Made by a program: the position numbers and the translations under genes. 64,000 bases of DNA from Alphaproteobacteria bacterium (lineage in GTDB: Bacteria; Pseudomonadota; Alphaproteobacteria; G965222575), in the NCBI GenBank assembly GCA_965222575.1, contig OZ244958.1, forward strand, positions 576,001 through 640,000. The letters run 5' to 3'. Under the pieces are notes generated by a model. That model was not told where the DNA came from. It ran no database searches and saw only the letters and a program-made list of their open reading frames with translations. Positions 38,594 to 48,520 of this stretch are shown here, piece by piece. Each line of letters begins with the position of its first letter. The first letter of the stretch is position 1.

Positions 38594-40756
38594 ATGTTTG
38601 GGTTGACTGAGACGGAACGTGTGCGGGTTTTGTCTTTATTGAAGCGCGAACCTAATGGCGTAGAGTGGGCTATTATTGGGGCTTTGTGGAGTGAACATTG
38701 TTCCTATAAAAGTTCTAGGAAGTGGCTTAGCATTTTACCGACGACCTCTTTGGCGGACCCTGAGAGGGTGGTGTTGGGTCCGGGGGAGAATGCTGGTATT
38801 GTGCGGCTACAAGATGGGGTTGCGGTGGCACTAAAGATAGAAAGTCATAATCACCCGTCTTACATTGACCCTTATCAAGGGGCGGCTACGGGAGTGGGGG
38901 GGATTTTGAGGGATATTTTCACCATGGGGGCTAGACCGGTGGCGTTGATGAATGCGTTGAGTTTTGGGTCTTTTGAGTCGGAGTCGACGAAAAGGCTAGC
39001 AAGAGGGGTGGTAGCGGGCATAGGAGGGTATGGGAATTGTATTGGGGTACCGACGGTGGGGGGTGCCACGGGGTTTTATCCTTGTTATGAGCGCAATATT
39101 TTGGTTAACGCTATGGCTTTAGGCGTGGTAGACCCGGAGAAGATTTTTCTTTCTAAAGCGTCTGGTGTTGGGAATAAAGTGGTGTATATTGGGGCGAAGA
39201 CGGGACGTGATGGCATTGAGGGGGCGGTGATGGCTTCAGCCCCGGAGGGGAGTGGCGAAAAAAGCGCTGTACAGGTAGGAGACCCTTTTGTGGGGAAGAT
39301 GCTCATGGAAGCCTGTTTGGAGATGATGGCCTTGGAGTTAATTGTGTGCATTCAGGACATGGGGGCGGCGGGATTGTCTTGTGCGGCTTCTGAGATGTCT
39401 AGTCGTGGAGGTGTAGGCATGCAGTTGGATTTATCAAAGGTGCCGATACGCGTTGCTGATATGGCGCCAGGGGAGATTATGTTGTCTGAAAGCCAAGAGC
39501 GTATGCTAGCGGTGGCAGAGCCTCATAAGGTGAAGGCGCTTTTAGAGCTGTTGGAGAAATGGGATTTAGAGGCGGTGGTGTTAGGGGAGATTACCAATAC
39601 CGGGGACTTAGACATTGTGTGGGGTACAGAAAATGTTGCCTCTTTACCGGTGAAAGTCATCATTGAGCATATGCCCCTTTTAGAGAGGGCCTATTGCTCG
39701 CAAGTCGCAAAAAAGGGTGCCGCCCCTGCTCCTTGTCTTTCTGTTAGGGAAGCACTCCCCGCTCTTTTACATCACCCCAATGGATGTTCTAGAAAAGCGA
39801 TTTGGCAGCAGTATGACCACATGATACAGACCTCGTCTCTTGTGCTACCGGGAGAAGAAATAGCCGCTCTTGCCATTGATAAAACCGCTCTTTTGATGAG
39901 TACGGACTTCAATCCTCATTGGTGTCAGGCTAGCCCTAGGGATGGTAGCATTGCTACTGTTGCGGAAGGGTGGCGGCATATTATTGCTGCTGGGGGTAAG
40001 CCTTTAGCGCTAACGAATTGTCTGAATTTCGCTAGTCCTGAAGACCCTGTTGTCATGGGGCAGTTTGTGGAAACAGTGAAAGCCCTGAAAGAAGCCTGTG
40101 AGATTCTTGATGTACCAGTTGTGTCTGGCAATGTCTCCTTTTATAATACTTCTGGTCATCAGCATATTACCCCTACGCCTATTCTCACAATGATAGGGTC
40201 TTGTCCTTTGGATTTGTTTCGTCGCTCGAATCTCGTAGCAGGGTTGGATATTCTCTGTATCGGACAAACAAAGGGCTGGTTAGAAGGGTCTTTGTATCAC
40301 CAAGTTTGTGCGTTGGAAACGGGAGAATCTTTTGAGGGGGGGCCTCCTTCCACAATTGATTTAGCCTATGAGAAGCGTCTTGGGGAGATGATGAGAGAAA
40401 TACTGAGGGCATATCCTAAGGTTAGTGCTAGGGCTGTAGGCAAAGGAGGTCTTTTGACGACTTTGTGTCGTTTGTTGATAAGGAATCAGGAGGGGAAAAG
40501 AGCAAAAGGGGCGTTTTTGACTTTGCCTGTTGGTCAGGAGCCTGTATCATGGTTATTGGGAGAAGACCAAGGGCGTTATTTTGTGTTTTGTGAGCCGGAA
40601 GTGTCTCCTGCTGTGCTCAAGAGAGTACGCGCCGTAACGGAGGCGATAATCATTGGGGGGACAACACAGGAGTCTGTTTTGTCTGCTGGAGAAGACAGAT
40701 GGTCTATGGAGATTCTCAAAGAGAGGTTTTTTACAGGATTTCATCAACTCATGTAG
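38594..40756 (+). CDS. purL: FGAM synthase subunit PurL
   Basis: [30 protein letters not shown] and [10 protein letters not shown] motifs. Confidence 0.97.
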   Translation: MFGLTETERVRVLSLLKREPNGVEWAIIGALWSEHCSYKSSRKWLSILPTTSLADPERVVLGPGENAGIVRLQDGVAVALKIESHNHPSYIDPYQGAATGVGGILRDIFTMGARPVALMNALSFGSFESESTKRLARGVVAGIGGYGNCIGVPTVGGATGFYPCYERNILVNAMALGVVDPEKIFLSKASGVGNKVVYIGAKTGRDGIEGAVMASAPEGSGEKSAVQVGDPFVGKMLMEACLEMMALELIVCIQDMGAAGLSCAASEMSSRGGVGMQLDLSKVPIRVADMAPGEIMLSESQERMLAVAEPHKVKALLELLEKWDLEAVVLGEITNTGDLDIVWGTENVASLPVKVIIEHMPLLERAYCSQVAKKGAAPAPCLSVREALPALLHHPNGCSRKAIWQQYDHMIQTSSLVLPGEEIAALAIDKTALLMSTDFNPHWCQASPRDGSIATVAEGWRHIIAAGGKPLALTNCLNFASPEDPVVMGQFVETVKALKEACEILDVPVVSGNVSFYNTSGHQHITPTPILTMIGSCPLDLFRRSNLVAGLDILCIGQTKGWLEGSLYHQVCALETGESFEGGPPSTIDLAYEKRLGEMMREILRAYPKVSARAVGKGGLLTTLCRLLIRNQEGKRAKGAFLTLPVGQEPVSWLLGEDQGRYFVFCEPEVSPAVLKRVRAVTEAIIIGGTTQESVLSAGEDRWSMEILKERFFTGFHQLM

Positions 40757-40764
40757 GAGGTATC

Positions 40765-41109
40765 ATGACATCAATACAAGAAAAGATTCAACAACTGGTT
40801 CAAGATCATCAGGTGGTGTTATTTATGAAAGGAACGCCTAAGGTGCCAAGATGCGGCTTTTCTGCACGCGTGGTCAACATTTTAGACTATTTTTCTATCT
40901 CTTTTATAGGAGTGGATGTCTTGGAGAATGACACCATGAAGGAAGCCCTTAAAGTCTTTTCCGATTGGCCGACGATTCCGCAGCTCTATATAAAAGGCAC
41001 TTTTATAGGAGGATGCGATATTGTTGCAGACATGATGGAAAAAGGAGAGTTAGCGTCCTTTTTTTCTCAGCAAGGCATTCCCATTTCGAAGCCGTCTTCT
41101 TCTCTTTAG
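40765..41109 (+). CDS. grxD: Monothiol glutaredoxin Grx4
   Basis: LFMKGTP..CGFS, WPTIPQLY and GGCD motifs. Confidence 0.95.
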   Translation: MTSIQEKIQQLVQDHQVVLFMKGTPKVPRCGFSARVVNILDYFSISFIGVDVLENDTMKEALKVFSDWPTIPQLYIKGTFIGGCDIVADMMEKGELASFFSQQGIPISKPSSSL

Positions 41110-41193
41110 AGCCTCTATCCTCTAGGGATTGGTTGAGAGAGGTCAGCTGTAGAGTAGCGAAGACTATAGGAGGATTATAGTAGCGTTGTTTTT

Positions 41194-41556
41194 CTAGCGC
41201 CTTTCTTTGATACGTGCGGCTTTGCCTCGTAGTTTACGCATGTAATATAACTTTGCTTGGCGTACTGCCCCTTTGCGTACAATTGCAAGACTGTCAATCA
41301 GAGGCCCATAAAGTGGGAAAACGCGTTCTACTCCTACTCCTGATGAGAGCTTGCGTACGGTAAAGGTAGAGTGTAGGCCTCTGTTACGACGCCCTAGACA
41401 TAATCCTTCAAAGATTTGGATTCTTTCTCGTTTGCCCTCTTTGATTCTCACGCCGACTTTGAGAAGGTCGCCGGGACGAAAATTTTTTGCCTTTTTGTCT
41501 TCTTTCCCTGAAAGGAGGGCTTTTTGTTCTTCTTTGAGTGTTTGGAGTAAGGACAT
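41194..41556 (-). CDS. rplS: 50S ribosomal protein L19
   Basis: [22 protein letters not shown] and VRQAKLYY motifs. Confidence 0.97.
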   Translation of the reverse strand: MSLLQTLKEEQKALLSGKEDKKAKNFRPGDLLKVGVRIKEGKRERIQIFEGLCLGRRNRGLHSTFTVRKLSSGVGVERVFPLYGPLIDSLAIVRKGAVRQAKLYYMRKLRGKAARIKERR

Positions 41557-41590
41557 ATTTTAGGAATAGAGGTTGGTCACTTAGAAAAGT

Positions 41591-42373
41591 TTATTGTGAC
41601 TTGGGTGTGGCTGTTTTTGCAAGATAAATTTCCCATAAATCTGGGCGGGTTTTTTTGGTGAGCCGTTGTGCCTCTTGAGTCTTCCACTGAGCGATTTTTT
41701 TGTGGTCTCCTTTGGTCAGTACCTCAGGGACAGATTGAGTTTCCCAAACAAGAGGGCGTGTGTAAAGAGGATGTTGTAAGAGGCCGGACGGGGAAAAACT
41801 TTGTCCTTTTAAGGACTGTTTGTTGCCTAGAATGCCCGGAATATAGCGCAAAATGCCATCTGTTAAGGTAAGAGCCGCTATGTCTCCATTGGAGAGAATG
41901 TAATCACCAAGTGATATCTGTGTGATGCGATAATTGTGAAAGAGTCGTTCATCAATGCCTTCAAAGCGTGGGCAAATGAAATACGCACCCCCTTTGCGGG
42001 CTAGAGACTGAATAACAGATTGTTTCAGTACAGGGGCTGTAGCACTAAAGCAAATAATAGGCCGCTTGCCATCAGTAATAGAATCAAGACATTGTCCCAA
42101 AACATCAGCTCTCATGACCATGCCCCCCCCTCCTCCATAAGGGACATCATCCACCGTGTCACTGAAGTCTCTTAAGAAAGTTGTTTGAAAAGTCCATAAG
42201 CCTGCCTGTAAGGCTCTCCCTGTAATGCCAAAGCCTAAGGGACCGGGATACAAGTTAGGAAATAGTGTAATGTAGTGTGCCTCAAATCCTGTGCTTAGAG
42301 AAGCTTTAGGCACTGGTTGGGGAAGATTTTCCTTACTTGCCCCTCTCTTTGGAGACAGGAGGTGTGGTCTCAT
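41591..42373 (-). CDS. trmD: tRNA (guanine-N1)-methyltransferase TrmD (in the assembly, in frame with the rpsP 5' part)
   Basis: ITLFP, VDDVPYGGGGGMVM, CPRFEGIDER, SLGDYILSNG and YTRP motifs. Confidence 0.93.
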   Translation of the reverse strand: MRPHLLSPKRGASKENLPQPVPKASLSTGFEAHYITLFPNLYPGPLGFGITGRALQAGLWTFQTTFLRDFSDTVDDVPYGGGGGMVMRADVLGQCLDSITDGKRPIICFSATAPVLKQSVIQSLARKGGAYFICPRFEGIDERLFHNYRITQISLGDYILSNGDIAALTLTDGILRYIPGILGNKQSLKGQSFSPSGLLQHPLYTRPLVWETQSVPEVLTKGDHKKIAQWKTQEAQRLTKKTRPDLWEIYLAKTATPKSQ

Positions 42374-43435
42374 GAGTAGTGGGGGTTTTTGCTTTTTTAG
42401 AAGAAGAAGCAGAGGCTTCTGCTTTAGAAGTTGAAGGTGTCCTGTCCTCTGTTTTTGCTTTAGGAGTTGGGGGTGTTGTGTCCTTTGCTTTAGGAGTTGG
42501 GGGTGTTGTGTCCTTTGCTTTAGGAGTTGGGGGTGTTGTGTCCTTTGCTTTAAGAGTTGGGGGTGTTGTGTCCTTTGCTTTAGGAGTTGGGGGTGTTGTG
42601 TCCTTTGCTTTAGGAGTTGGGGGTGTTGTGTCCTTTGCTTTAGGAGTTGGGGGTGTTGTGTCCTTTGCTTTAGGAGTTGGGGGTGTTGTGTCCTTTGCTT
42701 TGGAGTTGGGGGTGTTGTGTCCTTTGCTTTAAGAGTTGGGGGTGTTGTGTCCTTTGCTTTAAGAGTTGGGGGTGTTGTGTCCTTTGCTTTAAGAGTTGGG
42801 GGTGTTGTGTCCTTTGCTTTAGGAGTTGGGGGTGTTGTGTCCTTTGCTTTAGGAGTTGGGGGTGTTGTGTCCTTTGCTTTAGGAGTTGGGGGTGTTGTGT
42901 CCTTTGCTTTAGGAGTTGGGGGTGTTGTGTCCTTTGCTTTAGGAGTTGGGGGTGTTGTGTCCTTTGCTTTAGGAGTTGGGGGTGTTGTGTCCTTTGCTTT
43001 AGGAGTTGGGGGTGTTGTGTCCTTTGCTTTAGGAGTTGGGGGCGTGGGTTTCTTTGTTTTAGAAGGTGTGATTTCCTTCTTTATTTTCTCTTGAGTTTTG
43101 CGTTTTTCTTCCTTTTCCTTAAGACGTTCTTGAGCTTTTGCTTTTGGCTTGGCTTTTTGAGGATTGTGGTGTGTTTCAAAAGAGGCAATCAGTCCGGCGC
43201 TGTACAATAATCGGGCGACGCGGTGGGTAGGTTTTGCTCCTTCTCCGAGCCAATACATTGTGGCTTCTTTATCGAGGTGCACATACTGTTCGGAGTCTTT
43301 GTTCACCAGAGGGTTATGAGTTCCTACTTTGGCTACGAAGCGTCCGTCTCTAGGGGCTTGTCGTTCAGCGACGACAATTCTGTAAAAAGGCTTATTTTTA
43401 GCCCCTCTTCTTGTTAATCGTATTCTGAGTGCCAT
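42333..43435 (-). CDS. rpsP: 30S ribosomal protein S16 with a long repeat C-terminal extension (1-bp deletion at ~42701)
   Basis: MALRIRLTRRGAKNKPFYRIVVA..RDGRF, then (KAKDTTPPTP)n; restoring one base gives a stop at 42333-42335. Confidence 0.9.
42454..43042. repeat. ~20 copies of a 30-bp coding tandem repeat
   Basis: TCCTTTGCTTTAGGAGTTGGGGGTGTTGTG at 42481, 42511 and onward; the unit at 42691 is 29 bp. Confidence 0.97.
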
Positions 43436-43518
43436 AGGTATTGAAGATATCTTTGAAGGGTTTTCCGAGGATTTCCCTGTTGGATTCTCTGGTTTGCCCC
43501 TGCCCTCAAAGAGAGCTT

Positions 43519-43558
43519 GTCACAACCACAGGTCACAACCGCAGGTCACAACCGCAGG
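43519..43558. repeat. Three copies of a 13-bp direct repeat upstream of rpsP
   Basis: GTCACAACCACAG GTCACAACCGCAG GTCACAACCGCAG. Confidence 0.8.
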
Positions 43559-43559
43559 C

Positions 43560-43597
43560 AAAAAAGAGGGAGAGAGAGACGGGTTCCCTCTTTTTCC
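43560..43597 (-). terminator. Intrinsic terminator after HU (potentially bidirectional)
   Basis: AAAAAGAGGGA..TCCCTCTTTTT hairpin with A/T tracts on both sides. Confidence 0.7.
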
Positions 43598-43621
43598 TAG
43601 ATTGAGAACTGAGCAAGAGCG

Positions 43622-43903
43622 TTAATTAACAGAATCTTTGAGTTTTTTAGCGGGGCGAAACTTTGGTTGCTTAGAAGCAGGAATCTTCAAAGGTTCTCCT
43701 GTTTTAGGGTTGTGACCAGTGCGTGCGCTACGCTTCACAACTTCAAAAAATCCAAACCCTGCAATACGTACGCTGTTTCCTTTGCCTAATTGAACAGCGA
43801 TGGATTCTAACACGGCATCTACTGCTTGCTTAGCATGCGCCACTGATACACCAAGTTCACTGGCTACTGCATTGACCAGATTGGCTTTATTAATAGCACT
43901 CAT
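43622..43903 (-). CDS. hup: HU family DNA-binding protein
   Basis: NKANLV, GFGFFEV..RTGHNPKTG and PKFRPAK motifs. Confidence 0.93.
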   Translation of the reverse strand: MSAINKANLVNAVASELGVSVAHAKQAVDAVLESIAVQLGKGNSVRIAGFGFFEVVKRSARTGHNPKTGEPLKIPASKQPKFRPAKKLKDSVN

Positions 43904-44172
43904 AGTTATCTCCTTAAATTTAGTTTACTGTTGACTTGATTCTTCTATAGAAGATTCTTAATCTGAGTACACCCGCCTGATGCGGTAGTGTGTAACACTT
44001 TACGCATATAACAGGGGTACACAAAATCACTTGTATCATAGGAAACCTTGAAAGACAAGGATTTCTTAAGAAACTTTTCATTTTCTCTTTGTTAGCAATC
44101 AGGAGAGAAAATCTTTGTATCTTCTAGATTTTGTTATGCGTGGGAACACTCGGGACAAAGACAGTAGCTCAG

Positions 44173-44246
44173 TCGGGAAGAGAGGATTTGAACCTCCGGC
44201 CCCCACGTCCCGAACGTGGTACTCTACCCGACTGAGCTACTTCCCG
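44173..44246 (-). tRNA. tRNA-Pro(CGG), CCA not encoded
   Basis: CGGGAAGTAGCTCAGTCGGGTAGAG..CCACGTTCGGGACGTGG..GGTTCAAATCCTCTCTTCCCGA. Confidence 0.95.
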
Positions 44247-44276
44247 TGTTTCTTAACACTAAGACTTTTTCTCCTT

Positions 44277-45004
44277 TTATACAAGCTCAAGGGCGCTTAA
44301 GAGCATCTGCCGTAAGGCTAGCAAGTCTGTCCTTTCAGAAGGGAGATGTTTTTGAAGAAAGTATCCAGTTAAGTTCCCCCCATTTCTATAGTCTTCCTCA
44401 CTGATAGCTGCCTCCTCTTCACCCCTTAAAAAAGCAGGAATGGGAAGAAGTTTACGAAGGTATTGCTGTCCCACTGCCTCGCATACTATAGCGCCACTGC
44501 GGGGGGATATATGCGTTAAGTTTTCTCTTGTCCCCGTTACAACGCATTTTGATGTATCCAAGCCATAACCTGCTTCTTTCAATAGATGCATTTCCCACTT
44601 GAGATAGAATTTGAGCCAATAAGGTACCTCTTTGTTTTTCTTCAGAATCTCTAACAACAGGACCAGTTGCGTGAAAATGTTGCCGCAAGGGGCTTGTTCA
44701 GGAAAAAAACTCAGCAAAAGACGACAAGCACAACACAGGGCTAAAGATTTCTTGGTGCAATTGAGCAGGGCAATGCCCGGTACCCTCACCTGTTCAAAAG
44801 TCCAATTCCCCAAGTGAGAAGCAAGACGCCCCCGCCAAGTCACATCTGCTATACTACCTTCCATGCAATAGGCTACCGGTACCCGTTTCGATACGCGTAA
44901 TAATCCGCTTGTAATCCCTCTCTTCTTCGTCAAAATCCTTACAATACGGCTGTTTCCCCGTATTTACTTGACGATAACACTACCCCTTCATCTTGCCAAT
45001 CCAT
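44277..45004 (-). CDS. recO: DNA repair protein RecO (1-bp indel near 44955)
   Basis: MDWQDEGVVLSSSKYGE from ATG 45004 shifts into the ORF with TWRGRLASHLG, GYGLD..CVVTG and ISPRSG. Confidence 0.88.
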
Positions 45005-45013
45005 CTCTTTTAA

Positions 45014-45910
45014 TTACCGGCCAGTAGGCAGACTCACTGAAAAGGAAAAAACCTCAGGCAATGCCACTACCTCAAGAGTCACAGGAGAAAAAGGCTCAAG
45101 CCACTCATGAGGACTAGGACAGATACCACTGATACTTAACACACTATTTTCAAAGCGTATCTCATCAATGACTGTGCCTTGAGGCGCCTTTTCTAAAACC
45201 TGTCTTAGGAAACTGGTGAGTGGAGTGTGCGGCTTTTGAAAGGCGTGTAGGTCACTCAAAGAAAAACCGAGCCTTTCCGCTATCCGCAATTGATTCTTAA
45301 GAGGCCTATATCGCTCTTCTAAAAGCGCCAACTGTTTCTTCTTAGCCCCTAAAATATAGTGCCTTTGGTGGCTGGAGAGACCTAGGAGACCTGCTGTTAA
45401 CAGCACAATGACGAAACTTGTGATGGCGGTGAAGAAGATAGTCGGGGGAAGCAGGGGAATGAAAGCGGGTTGTAAATCTGCTAAGCGCCCTCTCTTTAAG
45501 CGGTAGTGGAGGGCTTTGAGCAGATGAGTTGAGCTTCTGCTAACGCTAGGGGTAATGCCTTTGATAGAGACCTTGTCAAGACCGAATTCTTTTGTGAGTG
45601 CGGCAAGAGTTTCCTGTTCTAGGGCGTAAAAATATCCTTCTTCTCCTGAGTAGGTATAACAATACATGGCTTCCTCACAGGCGAACAGGTCATGAGCAGC
45701 TTTTAAGGTCTCTGGGGTTTTGGGGATAAAGTTCGCTCTTCTGCGGAGTAGGAGCTTTTGGTCAATGACCAAGAACGCTGTTTTTATAGGCTTTTCCGAC
45801 TGCTTCAAGGGGATTAAGGCGAGCTTGCCATTGAAGTGACGGTGAATTTTCCATGTCATTTTTTTGCCGGGCGAAAGGGCAATGAGGGTAACAGGAAGAA
45901 AATTGAGCAT
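45014..45910 (-). CDS. GspL/PilN-like inner-membrane assembly protein
   Basis: Cytoplasmic N-domain, one TM, coiled coil and C-terminal PQGTVIDEIRFENSVLSISG PilN-like motif; adjacent to the secretin. Confidence 0.6.
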   Translation of the reverse strand: MLNFLPVTLIALSPGKKMTWKIHRHFNGKLALIPLKQSEKPIKTAFLVIDQKLLLRRRANFIPKTPETLKAAHDLFACEEAMYCYTYSGEEGYFYALEQETLAALTKEFGLDKVSIKGITPSVSRSSTHLLKALHYRLKRGRLADLQPAFIPLLPPTIFFTAITSFVIVLLTAGLLGLSSHQRHYILGAKKKQLALLEERYRPLKNQLRIAERLGFSLSDLHAFQKPHTPLTSFLRQVLEKAPQGTVIDEIRFENSVLSISGICPSPHEWLEPFSPVTLEVVALPEVFSFSVSLPTGR

Positions 45911-45915
45911 GAAGT

Positions 45916-48042
45916 TTATGGCGTAGCAGGTGGCGGCGGTGGGGGAGTCGTAATAGGCGGAGGAGGAGGAGGAGGCGTAATAGGCAGCAGTGGGGGAGGA
46001 GGAGTCGTCGTCTGTAAGATAGTGGAGCGCTTGAGTGCTTCTGTGAGCATTTGCGCTGCATCAGAATCAAAAATAATATACGCCGTTACAAATAGCAGTA
46101 ACTCTGTTTTTTCCCCTATATTAGAAGTGCTTGAGAAAATTTTATTCAAAAGAGGCAGGTCTCCTAGCAGGGGAATTTTCTTCTTAGCCTTTCGCACGAC
46201 ATACCGCATAAGACCTCCTAGCACAACAGTCTGACCATTGGTAGAAGCCAGTTTTGTTTCCAAAGACCTCTTGTTAAAAGTCGGTTGACCCGTATCCGCC
46301 CCTACTGTGCCATCTCTTGAGTCCTCCACTTTAATATCCATCATAATGGTATCAGTACCTCGAACTTGAGGAGAGATACTTAATTTTAAGCCTATCTCTT
46401 TGGTTTCAAATTCTTGCTTGGGAATGGAGGTGCCGGATTCTTGGACGGAAGTGCTGAGTACGGACTTGATAATCCGTTTTTCATCTATACTGGAAATGGT
46501 AGCTGTTTGACCATTGCTTACGAAGATACGAGGCCGTGAGAGGATTTGCACATTGGTTTCGCTTGCGAGCATTTTAAGAGTCGCGAAGGTTTTATTAGCA
46601 GGGTCTGATTCTGCGTTGTTGAGAATGTTAAACTGGAATCCATCTGATATACCGCCGGAAGGGAAGGCATTGAATCGGAAATCTGCAGACTGATTGCCCT
46701 CATCTTTCCCTCTTAAGAACCACTCTACTCCGAATTGTAGGGCTTCTGATAGTTGTACCTCTACGATGGTGATATCTGCGAATACTGTAGGTTCGCGTTT
46801 ATCTAGGGCCTGAATAGCGCCCCGGATTTTGTAGTATTGACTAGGCGTAGAGAGGATAAAGAGGCTATTATTTAGTTCATCGACCTGTAAGAAGGGGGGA
46901 GAGGGGTCGTTGTCAAAGAATTTATTGATTAACGGGATGAGCAACGTGGAGAGATAAGAGACGCTGCCTTCTTGCATTTTGTACAGGAAGAGTTCAGGGA
47001 CTTCTTCTCCCGGTTGGTCTACTTCATTGAGGAAGTCTATTAAAGCCCCTTTGTAACCAGCTGTAGGGAGCACAATGATTAAGCGTTTATCATTGGGAAT
47101 AATAGCGCTTTCGAAAGGCTTAGCGGCGCCTTTTAAGTTTAGTTTGGTTGGCAAGGTGTCTAGGAGTGCGGACAGCACTTGAGCGGAACGATAGCGCGGG
47201 GTGTACAGCAGCACGGAACGCCCTTGAAAAAGGGAGACATCAATGGAGCGCAGGAAGCTCTCTGCGCGATTAATGGTACTTGTCGTCCCAAAAATTAACA
47301 GCGTGTTGGTGCTGTCAAGGGGATAAGCCATGTCCGGTTGGGTTAAGAGATTTTGTAACAACGGCAACGCCTCTTTGACTTGAAGATACTGAAGGCGAAA
47401 CATGCCAATGACTAAAGAAATCGGGTCTTGAGAAAAGGCGGAGGAATCCGGTAGGGAGGACTCCTTGTGCTCAGGAGATGGTTGAAAAAATTCTGCTCTT
47501 GACCCGATGACATACATCCCATTGTGATACCCAATGTAAATCTGGTGAATCTCTAAGAAGGAGGCAAGAACATAAAAGGCATCCGCCGCTCTATACCACC
47601 CCTTTAGAACCCAGTTGACCTTCTTATCAGGAAAAGTGTTGGTGAGAGTATAGGAGTAAGAAGAGAGATAGGTATCAAAGAAAGCCGTGATAATCTCTTT
47701 GATAGAAGCCTCTTCCACGCGAACATCGACCTCTAGGAGAGGGGCATTGCGCGCAGTATCAGAAGAGAGAGGATTGTTACGGATTTGTTGAGAGGGAGAA
47801 GAGAAAACATTCTTGAGGTTCTCTTCTACGGTGTTGTCTTTTCTGAAGTCTTTCTTCAGTAAGGATTTTGTTGTGGGGTTTTTTTGTTGAGAGGAAAGAA
47901 AATCTGCGGGAAGCTTTAACTTGCCTTGGGCTTCCATTTCCTCGAGACTAGGCAGCTGGTTGCGGTTTTCGGAAGGCCTTTTTAAGCTACAGCCGGAAGC
48001 GGCTAAAGAGGCGATGATGAGGAAAAGACAGGCGTTTTTCAT
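45916..48042 (-). CDS. GspD-type secretin with a lipoprotein signal and poly-Pro tail
   Basis: Lipobox LAASGC; IVEVQL..LQFGVEW, ILSRPRI, GLKLSISPQV, GQTVVLGGL, IPLLGDLP and TELLLFVT motifs. Confidence 0.9.
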   Translation of the reverse strand: MKNACLFLIIASLAASGCSLKRPSENRNQLPSLEEMEAQGKLKLPADFLSSQQKNPTTKSLLKKDFRKDNTVEENLKNVFSSPSQQIRNNPLSSDTARNAPLLEVDVRVEEASIKEIITAFFDTYLSSYSYTLTNTFPDKKVNWVLKGWYRAADAFYVLASFLEIHQIYIGYHNGMYVIGSRAEFFQPSPEHKESSLPDSSAFSQDPISLVIGMFRLQYLQVKEALPLLQNLLTQPDMAYPLDSTNTLLIFGTTSTINRAESFLRSIDVSLFQGRSVLLYTPRYRSAQVLSALLDTLPTKLNLKGAAKPFESAIIPNDKRLIIVLPTAGYKGALIDFLNEVDQPGEEVPELFLYKMQEGSVSYLSTLLIPLINKFFDNDPSPPFLQVDELNNSLFILSTPSQYYKIRGAIQALDKREPTVFADITIVEVQLSEALQFGVEWFLRGKDEGNQSADFRFNAFPSGGISDGFQFNILNNAESDPANKTFATLKMLASETNVQILSRPRIFVSNGQTATISSIDEKRIIKSVLSTSVQESGTSIPKQEFETKEIGLKLSISPQVRGTDTIMMDIKVEDSRDGTVGADTGQPTFNKRSLETKLASTNGQTVVLGGLMRYVVRKAKKKIPLLGDLPLLNKIFSSTSNIGEKTELLLFVTAYIIFDSDAAQMLTEALKRSTILQTTTPPPPLLPITPPPPPPPITTPPPPPPATP

Positions 48043-48046
48043 GAAC

Positions 48047-48520
48047 TTAGGGGGTTGGCGCAAGAGGCGGCGGCGGATCGGGAGCGGGTTTTTGTAACTT
48101 GCGGAATGAGGGATTGAGCGGAATCTTGTGATGGAGTCCGTTTTTCTTGAGGGCAAGGGGGGGTTTTGAGAGCGTTAAGGTCTCTCCTTTTTTGAGGGTG
48201 CGCACTGTTGGTTTCGAAGCGTTAGGGAAGAGAATATAGTGTTGGCCAATGCGTATAAACCCTTTGATTTTCTCTGCTTCTTGTGCTGGCTCTTTTGACC
48301 AAGAGCGTCCCTTGGGGTCAAACACATTGAACGTCATGACATAAGGCAAGGGGATGGAAGAAGAAGAAGGAGCCCCTTTGAGGACTTCTTGTGACGGAGC
48401 AGCGAGGTGTATGGAAGGCGGCGTATCAGAGACTTGAAAAACAGGCAAAAAGAAAAACGCTGCCAATTGTAAAATGACTAGGAGACACAACCCATACAAA
48501 AATGTGTTGATATGATGCAT
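48047..48520 (-). CDS. Single-TM protein, GspC/PilP-like by position
   Basis: N-terminal TM and NVFDPKGR motif; immediately upstream of the secretin. Confidence 0.45.
   Translation of the reverse strand: MHHINTFLYGLCLLVILQLAAFFFLPVFQVSDTPPSIHLAAPSQEVLKGAPSSSSIPLPYVMTFNVFDPKGRSWSKEPAQEAEKIKGFIRIGQHYILFPNASKPTVRTLKKGETLTLSKPPLALKKNGLHHKIPLNPSFRKLQKPAPDPPPPLAPTP

Noticed and set aside
42379-43210. Plus-strand ORFs of GVGGVVSFAL or CCVLCFRSWG repeats
   Set aside because: Antisense frames of the rpsP minisatellite
44940-45004. recO (and likewise recG near 28935) as pseudogenes
   Set aside because: Single-base indels in short homopolymers with otherwise intact genes point to long-read consensus errors
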